Source: Podarcis tiliguerta (Eukaryota). Taken from it: 64,000 nt of DNA. Position numbers and translations under genes: made by a program. This document shows positions 9,896-22,889 of this stretch, one piece after another; position 1 is the first letter of the stretch; every line of letters begins with the position of its first letter. The stretch lies in NCBI GenBank assembly GCA_965153285.1, contig OZ229115.1, one strand, 5' to 3'. The notes beneath the pieces were generated by a model. That model was not told the DNA's origin and searched no databases. It saw only the letters and a program-made list of their open reading frames with translations.

Positions 9896-12800
9896 GTAGG
9901 GAAAACATTAATAAAAGGAGGAAAGAAGAGAGGTATCATGTTCCCAATTATATGTATAAACTCCATATGAATATAAAACTCACTCAGATCATGCACACTG
10001 AAAGATAAAAATAGTGTAAAAAGCTGGCTTGCCAATTCAATATGTCTAGAGCATATTGAAGATTGCATGTTGCTAACCTCCTGTCAAAAACTAGTATAAA
10101 ATACCTTATATTAATAATTTGACAATATTTAGAAAGAGGATATGACGGTGGGCACATCTGTGTTTACATGTACTCACACACATTGTCTATCTTCCTCTGT
10201 TCAGAAAGGACGTATCTTCCTTTCACTGACTTTGTTGTTAGGAGTACTGATGAATTCCCAGATAGTAAATAGATGAACCTCATTAAAATATGCCATCTAA
10301 CGGGGGTGGGGGCGGGGTGGGGAGGGCTTAAGGAGGAAGTTTTAGAAACACACATTGAAAGTTGGAATAAAATCTGTGCAGATGGTTTGAAAGGTGTCAA
10401 GATACAGAACGTTTTTCTTCCTTGATTATCTGTTTGTTGCCATAAAAAACATATAAATTATTTTGAATTTATAAAGCTCTCGTGGGAACAAAACAAAAAA
10501 CGACTTTTTACCCAATAGGCTAGGTAAAGTGCATATTAATGGAGACTGACCAGGTTTAGCTCTAGTCCCGAATATTGCCTCTCATCTAGTTAAAACTTTA
10601 TTTTAACAGGCAAGGGTTTTAGAGGCATTTTATTGAAACTTCGTGCATGTGTGTGAGCGAGAGAGCATTGTTGCAGCTACTTACGACCTTCAGATACCCT
10701 TGGCATGTTTAGATATTATTTCATAGGATATATATTTGTGGACATTTCAGTATTTTGGAGAAGAGTGGGGTGTATGTTCCATGTATAAAAGGTTCTTTGT
10801 TGATAGCTGATAGAATGTGTCTGAGGGCTGAAATAGCTTTCTAGTGACACCACAGCTCGGAACAAAATTAGAGATATTTGCATGTATGTAAATGTGTCCT
10901 TATGGGCTTTTATAAATACCTGGTCATTGGCCCCTAAAAAGCTGTCTCCGTTTTCTTGCGCAAACAGTATATACAAACCTTTCCTGTGAAACAAGGATTC
11001 TTTTCACCACCACCCTAACATACATTGCAGATAAATGGTTGTATAGACAGGCTGGTCGGCAAAAGTGTATTGATGGAGGTAGTAAAAGCCATCAGATCAG
11101 CAAACCCTTTATGCCTCCAATAGACACCCTACAGAATTGCTGGACTGTACTGTTTATTTGTATTCTCCCAAATACTGCAATGGAATCATACCACATGACG
11201 GGTGAATAACTTTAATTGCAACACATAACGTTCCTTGTGCCGCCACCAACAGACTAAATTCCATTTTTTGTTTGTGTCTTGTAATTTCAAAGTTGGATTT
11301 CTCACTAACTGGTTCATTTGATTTTAAGAAGGGGAATGCTACACAGTGGGTTTGTAGGGTGTGGTTTTTTTGTTTGTTTGATTAAAAAAAAAACACCTAA
11401 AGACAAAGCTGTCCAAGGTGTTCTACAATATAAATAACAGGGCTTTATGAAGGAAATGTGTAGCTTTGTAGAGATATAAATGTGGGAATCTCATTGTATT
11501 AATTAGATACTAAGTGATACTTGCGTATTTATATTCCCATGAGGCTACATTCTTATCTCTGTTAATTAGTGTTGTAAATTTGGATTGATTCTCATACCCT
11601 CTTGAAAGTCGTTTAGGATTTACTTTGGTATAATAGTGTTTTGGGTTCTGGCTCCAAAATATGTTCTGAGGTTTCACGAAATAGCCTAGTTTACGGGGTT
11701 GAACTTCAGATTTCAGTTTGGATTCAGCACTTTACCAGTGCACAATTGTACCCCAAGTCAATGGCAGAAGTTAACGAGTGCATCATATGCCTTTAACATA
11801 TTTTTGCTAATTGTTATGTTGCAATCCGCTTCCTGGAGAGAGGTCCGTGGTACCTTAGCAAATACACTTCTTTCCTCTGGATCCCTATGGTTCCAGGAAA
11901 GTTGGAGTCTCCAGGAGTTGGGCATGATCCTAGGAGGGTTTGTTAAGGCAAATATTTTGTCCAGGTAGCTCAGTTTAGATGTTCATTGAGCATGCTAATG
12001 ACATTTATGGAACACTTCTTACACTGCATTTGTGTTGCACCGATATCTACAGACACATTCCATGGGGTTCTTCAGACAAACGTGTCCTCATTAGTGTGGA
12101 AGTTTCCAGCTGGAGTGGATATAAACTTATCCCTGTGTGACAGATATCTATAACTCTCCTTTTAAAAACCCTCTTTATTCTTTGGCTTCTAAAATAAATT
12201 GTCCTGACTGCTCCCCACAGACTAGTTGCCGCAGTGTTTCCTCTCAGCAGGGGGAACTGGCAGAAAGGTCCGCAGCAGCACCTGGATCATGCAGAACAAT
12301 TTTTTTTTCTGCTGAGCAAAACCACTTGGTTTTTGCAGTTCCCTTCCCTCTGTTCATTTTGGGGAACTCCAGAATGCATTATCTCCTGTATCCCTAGAGT
12401 TACTTGCAATCTCTGCCATTAAGTTTGAGTCTACAAATGATGCTTATTTCTGTTTGAGTCACTTTTATTCTTTATTACAGCTATTTCAAAGTTTATCCTG
12501 TTGCAGAAGAATATTTCTGGACCTTGCTTTCCACATAATATGGAACATAGTTCTTTCTCTCTTTTTAGTTTGAAGAATCATATTTCCAGAGCCCCTTCTT
12601 GGCTCTTTGGTTCTTTCTAGCAATTTAGTACCAAGTGCCCCTGGAATGAAGCATGTAAACAAATGGCCAATCTAGGAGAGCAGGACAGGGAATAAGGCAC
12701 CATCGACTTCTTCATACTTCATTATTTTCTCACAATTTTGCGTCACAGTAGGGAGTGAACTTCTTGTTTGGGCGGCTTTTGAAAATCACTTCAGTAACTT

Positions 12801-14994
12801 GTAGCTTTGAAACTAATGAATGGAAACATCTGAGAACAAATCAAAGCACTGTTCTGTTTAAATGCCAAACAGGAATTAATAATAATATATCAATTCCTGG
12901 TTTTTCTTTTCTTTTAGCATATTATGCAACGAACTCAAGTTTCGCTTTAGCTGTGGCTCCTTCAGCAGAGCACGTGTTGTCCAGCTGTTTGCATACTAGG
13001 GCCTATACTAAGGGAGGGATATGCACTCTAATTATTCCATGTGCAATTTGTATAAATGATGTTGGATTGGGTTTTTTTATTTGTTTGTTTACTGCTGTAT
13101 ACTGCTATATCTTCAAGCCTTTCCTGTGAAATGTTTTAACTACATTAAATTAGGAGCTAGAAGGAAAACCATGTTGTGAATAGCTATTTGGGATTAGGAT
13201 TACTTTCAAACATAGTGAAAACAGCTATGTTTCTAAAGAGTTTTGTGTGTGCATGTTTCTATGAGGGAGGATACTACAGGTGAGTTTTAAATGAGTGAAA
13301 ACTGGATTGTGAATACAGAAAAGACCGTCCTGACAGGTCAGCTTTTGATGTCAGTTATGCCAGTTAAAACTCATGGATTTCAGTAGCATCGTTTCCGATA
13401 TGTACTGGATTTCAGTAGAATTGTTCCAGATATGTACTGGTTTGTCATACCTCAGACTTCAGTGGAGCCCACAGCCAGCCTCTTTCCTACACCTTTATTT
13501 CTGCATTTTGGCTTCAGCTTTCCCTTTCTCCCCCTCAGCAAACTGTTGCCGTGACTCCTTGTCATGTCCGTCTCTTTTAGTTGTATTGTTGGAATAAAGA
13601 AATGTTTGGGCCGTTAAAGTGGCGGAGAGCTGCGTGTGAGCTGCTCCAGTTCTGCCGGCTGCAGGACCATCTGGCCCTGGCTCGCATCCGCTGGTCTCCA
13701 GCTTCTCTTTCTCTTTATGTTAGCTAGGGCTATCTTGCACACTTGGAATGCCTAATCACCATGGTGAGAGGATGGGCCTTGCTGCCTGCCCCTTCCCGTC
13801 AATTGTCATGCAGAACCGATCGGGACAAGCGTTTTCTTTGCGGCAGTCGCTTGCCCGTCTTTGCCTGGCTCTTGGCAGAAGGACGGCTTTTAATTGATCA
13901 TTTGTGGGGGAGGGCTGGGGTTGTTTGAGCCTCTCAAATGTTTCCCCACACAGTCTCTACCACCCGGCCAGATTTCTCATTTGTTGGGAAATGTTAGTGA
14001 TTTAGCTTTTCCTTCGTCTTCCTTTTGGACTCCTGCTTGTTGCTGTTTTATGGGGAACTCTGAGGGCTTGTAACTGTGACTCCAAGGAGCACTGAGCAAG
14101 ATATAAATGTTGTGTTTATCTATCCACAACTGGGAAGGGGGCACATATGGGCACTAAATGTTTATTGTCCTTCTTTCCACTGTGTGTTCATGTTTGTATT
14201 TGCATGAACGCTTATGGATTTATTATCTATGGGCAGGGTGAACTCTTAATCTATTTTGCTTCATGAACAAATCCAACCCTTTTCACCAATCCTAAAAACA
14301 TGCCCCCAAATCTGGTGGTTGAATCCTGTAGAGATTTGATTAAATGCTGAACTTGACAGAGTTTTCTGTTAGAAGAAGATTTTTAAAATATATATACAGT
14401 ATATAGAAAGAAAAATTCCTTCGGGGATTACGGCGCACTGGAAGTGAGGGATAACCTGTGCTGATTTTTGAGGCTTGTGCTTTTTTGTGTAATCTTTAAT
14501 GCCACAGTTTCTTTTAAGTATAAAAGAAGAACTGATGACCTCCAGCTCTGGTCAGCCGAGTCAGCCCTGCAGTTAGGCAGAGTGGGCGACTTGCCTCAGA
14601 CAGCAGTTTTTTTAGTACAGTGCAGCAAACTTCTCAATTGATGGTGAGGAGAGGGAACTGTTTTGATTTTTTGCCTCAGGTAGTAAATTGTATTGCGGTG
14701 ATGGGATGGTTTTATTTATTTCTAAAATATTATTTCAAACTGCAGATTTTGTCGTAGGCTATGATTGTGCCGTTTGCCCCTGAAATTTAAGAGCATTCAA
14801 ACAGGTCTTTATACCAATAAACAAATATTTGGCTGCAGTACAGAATATATCTCTTCAACTATATGTTTGAATCTACACTTAGCTACTGCTATTAAAATAA
14901 AACGAGCAAGTGAATGACATGGAAGCCGTTCATCTTGGAACCCTCTTCCTGCTTTGTACTGTACTAATATTTTTATTTAGTAGCATGTACATTT

Positions 14995-15078
14995 TGCAGC
15001 ACAGTCTATTCAGAAGTAAACCCCATTGGCTCCAGTGGGCCTTACTCCCAAATTAAGCCAGTATAGGATTGCAGCCTC
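14995..15078. mobile_element. Short palindromic MITE-like repeat (related copies at ~16120-16190, ~34548-34635, ~55448-55535)
   Basis: Arms of type (g)caatccta..cttac..gaagtaag / cttactccca..taggattgcagcc recur in several degenerate copies in the window. Confidence 0.55.
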
Positions 15079-17346
15079 TGTCACCTTAAGCAAACATCCA
15101 TGGTAATTACAAGGTTTTCTCTCGATTCATTTATCCCTAAAGACTATTGGTAAATGTAATTCTATAAAATCTGTGTAAAAGTTAGTTAAAATAAATAAAA
15201 CAGAGATCCTTTTGAGAAGATCAGTTAACAATGCAGTAAATGCACACTTGTTACTTAATCGTTGCAGGGTGACTAGCTACCTTTCCTCAAGGAAGCATTT
15301 CTGTTGCGGGGATATCACATTTCGCCAGCATTTAAATGCTGTTTTGTCACAGGGAAAGCGTCCTGCTCTCCTCATGTAGTGTATCTACGGCAATGGTGAA
15401 TTTTATGTGAAATGGGATTGCTTGATACTTATTGGACAGAGCTGATGACATTCTTAGTGGTGAGTGTCGCAGTTTCCAGACCCGTTTGAAAACATAAACA
15501 AAAGAACAGCAGAACTACACTTGCATCATCTCTTAAGTGAACACAAAATATAATGTTACTGGTAGTGGATTAGATATAGTTGTTGTATCATTATGGATTC
15601 ACATTATAAAAGATCTGTAAAGACTCAGATAGCTAGCAGAGCACTATTCTATCCATAAATGAGGGACTGTTTGCATATTATTGTTGCCGCATAGATACCA
15701 CTTTGAAATGCTCTGCATAGTGAACTACTTGTGTGCAGTGGCTTGTCAGGTGGGTTTGGTGAATTTTAGTACCACGAGCATCTGAGGTCTGCTCATAGTG
15801 AGCCATGGATAGTCCACTCTTTGGTAATAGCTGCCATTCAGTAATAAGAAAACAATCATGATACGGTTTCTTAATATAGCAACCCCTTTCTATATTCTAT
15901 TAACAAAATGGAATTTAAAATGTGAACATTGCTTTGGGCGCCTCATGGCAGGGTATAATTTATAAATATTAGGAATAACAAATAAATAACAGATGTATGC
16001 AGAAGACTTAAGTTAAATAGTTGTCTCCCGATGGCTGGCTATCCCTGCTCTGCACACATAGTGCAAGGAAGTGTGAGACAATAAAGAGATGAAGCAACAT
16101 TTTATTTAGGAAGACTGCTAATGCCACAATCCTGTTCACACCTACTTGGGAGTAAGAGCTACATTGGTATATATGTACAGGATCATGCTGTAAGGTTTTT
16201 TGAGACAAAAGGTGTAAAGCTATTATTTTTCTATTAATGTTCCTGTGGAAAGCAGGTGTGGTTTTTTTTACCTCAAATTTCGCAATCTTTTGTCTACTGC
16301 CATGTTTGTACGTATCATAGCTAATGAACTTTGCCCTCGCCATATTATTCAGAAGAGAAAAGTCACTTGAAGATTTTACAACTGGATTTGTTGTTGTTGG
16401 AAACCCTGGTGACATCATTTCTACAGTGTGAAATTGCATCATTACAGTTGTGTACTTACTGTGAAAGAAAAGTGTGTGTCAGATGGATCTGCCCTGGATG
16501 TTAAGTTTAACTAATCACTGTAACACATGTAATTCACAGAGATTTCAGTCGATGAACATCTTACTCTGGCGTATTCCTATAGACTGCAATAGAACTTCAT
16601 TGAGAATATGCTGGTGTAAGTAGTTTGTGGATTGTTATAATTACATATTTCAAGTTAACGGCAAGTTCGGTTCTCCTCCTCCTTCTGAATACTGAAGTAT
16701 TTACCGTGCTAGTGCTGTGGGCTAGTGTTGATAGCTGCTGCTTCATGAGCTGAATACTTTACTCAACAAGAGTTTAATGATGTTAATTTGGCATCTTTAT
16801 CAGATCTTTTAAAATGAATAAACAGTTTGCAGCGTCCGCTCCTCAAGCCTTGTAGTCACTGAAATGTTTCTGTGGCAGGATCTGGCTACATTTTGAATTT
16901 TGACAAATGCTGATGGCTTGTGTGGAATGCAAACAGTGATTTAGATAACATTTGCTTTTATATTGGACCTGCAGCAGTGCCTATAACCTGAAGCTGGGGA
17001 AAGGCCCAGGGCATTTGGGACATGATGTGACAAGGACTAAGTATGCTTCTGCAAGAGGTGCGCATCTATGTGATAACGATGTACACATTGACCCATATGA
17101 GGCACATTAAAATATTTAGAATGCTAATGTTTTTAGAAATGCCCTTCTCACCATTTTCTACTGCAGTAGAAGATTCCACCCTCAGAAGACCTCTGATGTG
17201 ATGTTTATTCATGGCAAAAAAGTCAAGTGGCAGCTGTTGATGCACTGTGTTAACAAGCATGACAATTTGCAGGGAAAATGCATGCATACCAGATAATTTG
17301 CATTAAACAGTTACATTTCTAGGCACCCAATCTTTTGAATTAAAAA

Positions 17347-17668
17347 TGGGTGGTATTCAAGTAGGTTTTACTCAGAGTAGACCCATTGAAATTAATGTGG
17401 CTAAATGTGGAATGCCCTCCCATCAGATGCCAAGGAAATAAACAACTATCTGACTTTTAGAAGACCTCTGAAGGCAGCCCTGTTTAGGGAAGTTTTTAAA
17501 GACTGGTGTTTTAATGTATTTTTAATATTTTGTTGGAAGCCACCCAGAGTGGCTGGGGAAACCCAGCCAGATAGGCGGGGTATAAATAAATCATTATTAT
17601 TAATTTTATTAAATTAGGTCAATTAATTTCAAAAGGTCTCCTGAATAAAAGTTAGTTGAATAATACCT
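17347..17668. mobile_element. Palindromic MITE-like repeat (ttactcagagtagacccattgaaattaat...) interrupted by an L2 3' end
   Basis: Left arm 17347-17403 and right arm ~17612-17668 are imperfect reverse complements; an uninterrupted relative lies at ~47790-47910. Confidence 0.55.
17404..17610 (+). mobile_element. 5'-truncated L2-like LINE 3' end
   Basis: Encodes WNALPSDAKEINNYLTFRRPLKAALFREVF, the WNxLP...F...LK..LF C-terminal motif of L2/CR1-clade ORF2, followed by a short 3' UTR and an AATAAA/(ATT)n tail. Confidence 0.75.
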
Positions 17669-20358
17669 GGTGGATTTCAACATCACAGGTAATATTAACT
17701 ATATTTGCAAATCTGTTTTAAAAAGCCAAGACGAAAGCCTGTTCTCCGTGCCATTTTGAATGTGTTGTTAAAGGTTTTCTGCTGGGCATTATGTAATGGT
17801 CTTTTATAGTTTAGGCTGCTCCCATTTACTAACCTGCCAGTGGCCTTTTCCTGCTCCCTTTTATAGGAGCTGATAAGAGTCTAGAACCAAATAAAGCAGG
17901 GGCTCTTGTGGCCTCCGATGAGCTTTAATTCCTCAAAGTAAGGAGGTGCAGAGGCCATGTTCCTGATGATTGATAGTTTGTGAGGATAGCGAAGACTGGA
18001 TAATTTATTTGGTATTGTGCTGCATCTTCTCCCTTCTTCTGTCACAGAAGCACACAGCTGGTTACTGAGATGGGACACCTTCCATCTCAGGTACTCATCT
18101 ATGGGGCAGGAAGAAACATTGGCAGTAGGGATGTTGTGTATAGGTGAACTATTTGCCTATCTTTTTACTGCTGTTTCCTCCTGTTACTGCTGGGCAGGAA
18201 GACAACCTGTAGCTGTGTGCTTGAGATGGAAGCTACATAACCTCTTCTGGTCTCAAGGTTTTGAGGTGCTTCATTTTCCAGTAGGAGATGACTGGCAATG
18301 CAGCAAATGGCAGGAGCAGAGTAGCCAGCCAGGAACTGTAGCATATACTACTCGATATTCTAGAACCACACATTTTTAATGTGTGTTTGTCTTTTCCCTT
18401 ATTCTCACTCTATTTGACCATATAGATATAGAAGTACTAGATTTTATTGCTGCCAAAGTCAGGTTGTGCACCACCCAGTATGTCAGATGACCAGATGAGG
18501 TACCAACCCTTCCATTTGCAAGGGGAAATGACAAGTAACAACTGGCTGGTTAAAACTTATATCTCATCTACATCAGATTTGGTCATTGCCTGTTAGAGAA
18601 GATAAACATTTATGAATGATAAATATGATTTATGTTTTTTATTGCTTCAATATCTTCATTTGTTAGCACCTTTCCCCTTCATTTAAATACATTCCATTTT
18701 CAGTCTGAAATTTGTGAAAATGCTATTTTCTCTTGCCTCACCTAAGCCCCTATGCAGCTCTGTGGAATGGTCATTTCCTTCTTATTTACGCTTCTAAGTT
18801 GTATAGAAGGATCAAGACTAGTATTGTTTTGACTGCTTATGCTCTGTTTGGCTTTGTCCAGGCTTTCCAGGATAGTGTAGGGTATCCTCTCAAGTTTTCA
18901 TTTCTGTTTTGAAAGATAAAGCTGGAGGTCCCTTTTTTGTTTACCAGTCACTGTACAAAGCAGATGCTGACAGTGATAATAATGTTTACTTGCATTTGTT
19001 ATAACTAGGACTGGAAATACTTTGCATACATCAGTCTTTTATAAAACTTCCACCCTGCATGGATCTGGTTTTATTTTCTATTTTTAAAAATATTTCAGTG
19101 TGCTGGTATCAAACTTTCTAGGTACCCAGGCAACAGGTTCCTGAGATTTGTCCGGCCCTGCTCACAACTCAAAGGAAGCAGCAAAAACAGGCAGACTGTG
19201 GTATTTCTTTATACTTTACACGATTTCTGCAGATTTAATGGCTGTTGGATGATTTCATGGCTTAACATGAAGTTCCCTGGACATAGCACTGTACTAGATG
19301 GTCCACTGATCTGCTCCCATTTATACGGAAGAAAGAAAGCAGTGGTGTTTTGCCTCGTTGCAGAAATTGTCTGATTAAGTACAGTACAGATTGTGGAAAC
19401 TCAAAGCACTTTGCTTTCTAAGAAACTAGCCAATTAGGCTATAGCTAAAATTGATTCCTGTTTGGAAAGAGTAGATTAATTTATCAAATGGTAGGGTCAT
19501 TTCAAGTTTGGGGTTGGAAGTGAAAGACGTTACTATGGTTTTACAAGTTAGATGATCCACAAAGGCTGTAGTAGTTATGGAGTTTTGAATGCAGGAGGGA
19601 AAAGCTGAAACAAAGGAAGCAGACGCAAGAGACATTTTTGCTGGGGTAATGCTGGAAGCTGTGAGGAATCCACTGCATTCCTGGAGGCAAAGCGAAGAAT
19701 CCAGTTTCCTTCCTATACCGTAAAATCTCTTTTTCGCCTTTAAAAGAAAACCTTGAAACAACAAGACTGGCTGCCTTAGCTTCCTTCCTGACACACCCAA
19801 CCATGTGATGCTTCTGTATATTCTTGCTTTAATCATGGCTGACTGATTAACAGACCAAATTGAACCTGATCAAAAGGTGAAATAGGCAGTTAACCCTTCT
19901 GTCTAATTTAAGTGGGTTACTTTCTGCTTTGCTTGCCTTTAGCCCATCATTCCCTAACATGTAGCACAACCCACGCCTCTGTTCGGAAGAAATTCCTGTT
20001 TATACTTCTGCTATGACCCTCGGCACCTGAGAGTCAGTAAGAAGTGGCTTGTATAGATTTGGTTTGTGCTCTTTGTTTGGGTTCAGTTTTTCTTTTTCTT
20101 CTTAATACTCTAACTAGCAAAGGATTTTAATACTATCTCCTTCTCTTCTTTGTACATGATACATTTTAGGTCCTGATAAAAAAGCAGCAGCCCCTTGCAT
20201 AGAAACCTGTTGTCGTGGTGCTCAATTTTCTCTGCAACATCAACATAAGAATTCTCTCTTCCAGCTCTTTCAGCCAAACAACATAGCTCCTCAAACCAAG
20301 GATTACTACATGGGATGAATGCAGTTGTTCTCAACACACAAGCATAAACAGCTATTTA

Positions 20359-20475
20359 ATAGAAACAATCATAGAGTTGGAAAGGATCCTAAGGATCATC
20401 TAGTCCAGCCCCCTGCAATGCAGGCATATGCAGCTGTCCCTTAATGGGGAATCAAACCTTTGATTTTGGGTTTCT
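20359..20475 (-). mobile_element. tRNA-derived SINE with CR1-type tail (Squam2-like), partial
   Basis: Minus strand reads gggacagctgcatatgcctgcattgcagggggctggactagatgatcc...ttccaactctatgatt, a CR1-derived 3' end. Confidence 0.7.
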
Positions 20476-21694
20476 CAAGTTGCATCTTTGTGGTTCCATA
20501 CAATTGTTTATATGTGGATAGATATGTTTTGCTGGGTGGGATTGTGAGTGGTGAATATGTGTGACTGGATAGATGAATTGAAGTGGTGTGTGTATTTGTG
20601 TATGAAAGAGGGGGGAGTTTGTGAGAGTTGACTCTGGCCCTGCCCACCATTGGCATTCTCCCAAAAGTTTACCCTCAAGGAAATGCAGCCCTTGGTAGGG
20701 GAAAAATGTTCCCCAGTCCTGATCTAGTGCTTCACTTCAATTCTATCACCTTTTTTCTCTATCTGGCCAAAGCAGACATGATGTGGAAGATCCACCATGG
20801 GATTGCCATGGGATTTTTGGTGTGAGTTAATTTTAAAGCAGCCATAGTGTTGATCACAGTAGTAGTGTTTGGTAGGAGGAGATGTTCAGCCTTTTCCCTC
20901 CATGCAGTTTTTCTGATCTAAACTCCCTCCACTTGTCCCTTACTACAACCAGTATAGGGAAAAAATATAGGTACAGTATATGCACCTTTATAATAGGTTA
21001 TGTAAATTAGGGAAATGGTATGGAGAAAAAAGGTTTTTTAAAAAAACAAAAAACCTTTGCTGCTATCACAGCTCCAATAAATATCAGGACACTGACACAC
21101 ACACTTTAAAATAAACAAAAATCTTGGGAGATCTACTTGTAGATCTCCTGTGACATATCTATTCTGGCCCCTAAGCTAGCTTTGCTAGCTGTGGTACTTC
21201 ATCTTTTCTTGGTGAAAAATGATAAAACTTTGATCATTCATGAAATTTGGGGAAATATGCAAGTCTGGGTATCTTACAATAATTGGCAAGGCCTTTCCCC
21301 CAACAGTGTCAATTATGCAAGTATCTCCTCCTGTTAAAAGAAATTATTTCCTCCTTCCTTTTTTTGTATTGTGCAGGTCATAATTTCATAGATCAGAGTT
21401 GGGAATTACTCTTTCATTCTTAAAAATTACCTTTGTGGACCACATGATGGAGCAGGAAACCCTTCTGGTCATGACCCAAAACAGCACTATACAGGTGCAC
21501 ATTTATTGCTTTTGTGGATTGAAACCTGGTGGTGTTTATCATTACATTTTAGTATTCATCATTACTGACTACCTTTAACTTTAGCTATCCAAGCAGTAAC
21601 AAAGTTCCCTTATTTTTTTGAGTGGTGTTCAGTGATTCCTCACCTGTATCATGAGAACTTGAATGATGACAGCAAAAGCCAGGGCTGAAGAATT

Positions 21695-21793
21695 TAGGAA
21701 CAAGGAAGCAGCCTTATACTGTACTAGATAAAATTGTCCATCTACCCCAGTAGTCTCTTCTGGCGGGCAGCATCTTTCAGGCAGGAGTCTTTC
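21695..21793 (-). mobile_element. Squam3-like SINE 3' fragment, degenerate
   Basis: Reverse complement resembles cctgcctgaaa...tagatggac...gtataaggctgcttcc; shares sequence with the element at 25059/26004. Confidence 0.55.
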
Positions 21794-22889
21794 ACATTCC
21801 CTGTTTCCCTGGTCTTATAGATGTGGCTGTTGAAACTGTTTCTGCTGTGAATTCTCCAAAGCTCTCTGGGGGTCTAAAGCCTCTTCTAAGTTCTCAGCAG
21901 CTGGCAAAATATTTATTTTTGGGTACGTACAAATATCCTAATTTGAGGCAGTGTAGGATGTTCAGAGCGAGGTGGAAATGTTTTCACTTAACTGTTTGAT
22001 GTTGCAAGATATTTCATTCTCCATCATGCCAGCATGTGGGTGTCTAACATTCTGGGCTTGTACAGTTTTCTTACTGTGATCAACCCTGTAGTTTGACAAT
22101 GATTTTTCCAACAGGTAAGTCACAAGAGGCTTAGCAGTTTCTTTCTCTTCAGGAGGGACACTATTGCTTTGTGATTTTCCTGGAGTCTGTGAAATGTGTC
22201 TACAATGTCCAATGGTGAGTGGAGCATTCAGAAGGATGTATGATTAAAAAAAAATCCATGGAAGCAGGGACTTTGATAAATCTGCAAGCAAGTTGTCCAA
22301 GATTCAAACTTCTCTTCTGTCATGATAAATAATCTCAAAGGCACAAAACATGTTTCCAGATAGCACTGGTTGTCTGTCTGAAGAGGGGTATATAGATAAG
22401 ATTTAGCAGAGCACAGCTTATTGTACTTAACACCTACTTTCAATAAAATATTGGGTAACTTTCTTTCTCTTCTAAGTGAATGTCTGTGTGTCTGTTTTTT
22501 CCCTGATCTCTATGTGCAAATTATATATACGTACCGGTAGTTTGTCACTAAATATTGTAAAACATTTTCCTGGTTCTGAAATGCAAATTTTAAAATGATA
22601 AAAAGGCAACTGTGGGAGGTGGTGGGGTAGAATCTCAAGCACCTAATAGGCTTATCCCTAACACATAGGTGGGCTTTGCTATACCTAAACCACTGCTTTC
22701 TAACCCTTATTCAGCTTACTCTTGCAGCCATCAAAGAAAGGAGACTCTATAATTTCCTTATGTTACTTTAGGAGATGTTTCCTAATATCTTATCTACTTG
22801 ATCTAAATTCCCCATCACCACCGGTAGAGTTTTGGAATCACCTGTTGGTATTGGCCTGTAGCCTAGGAACCACACATTTGTAGCTATTT

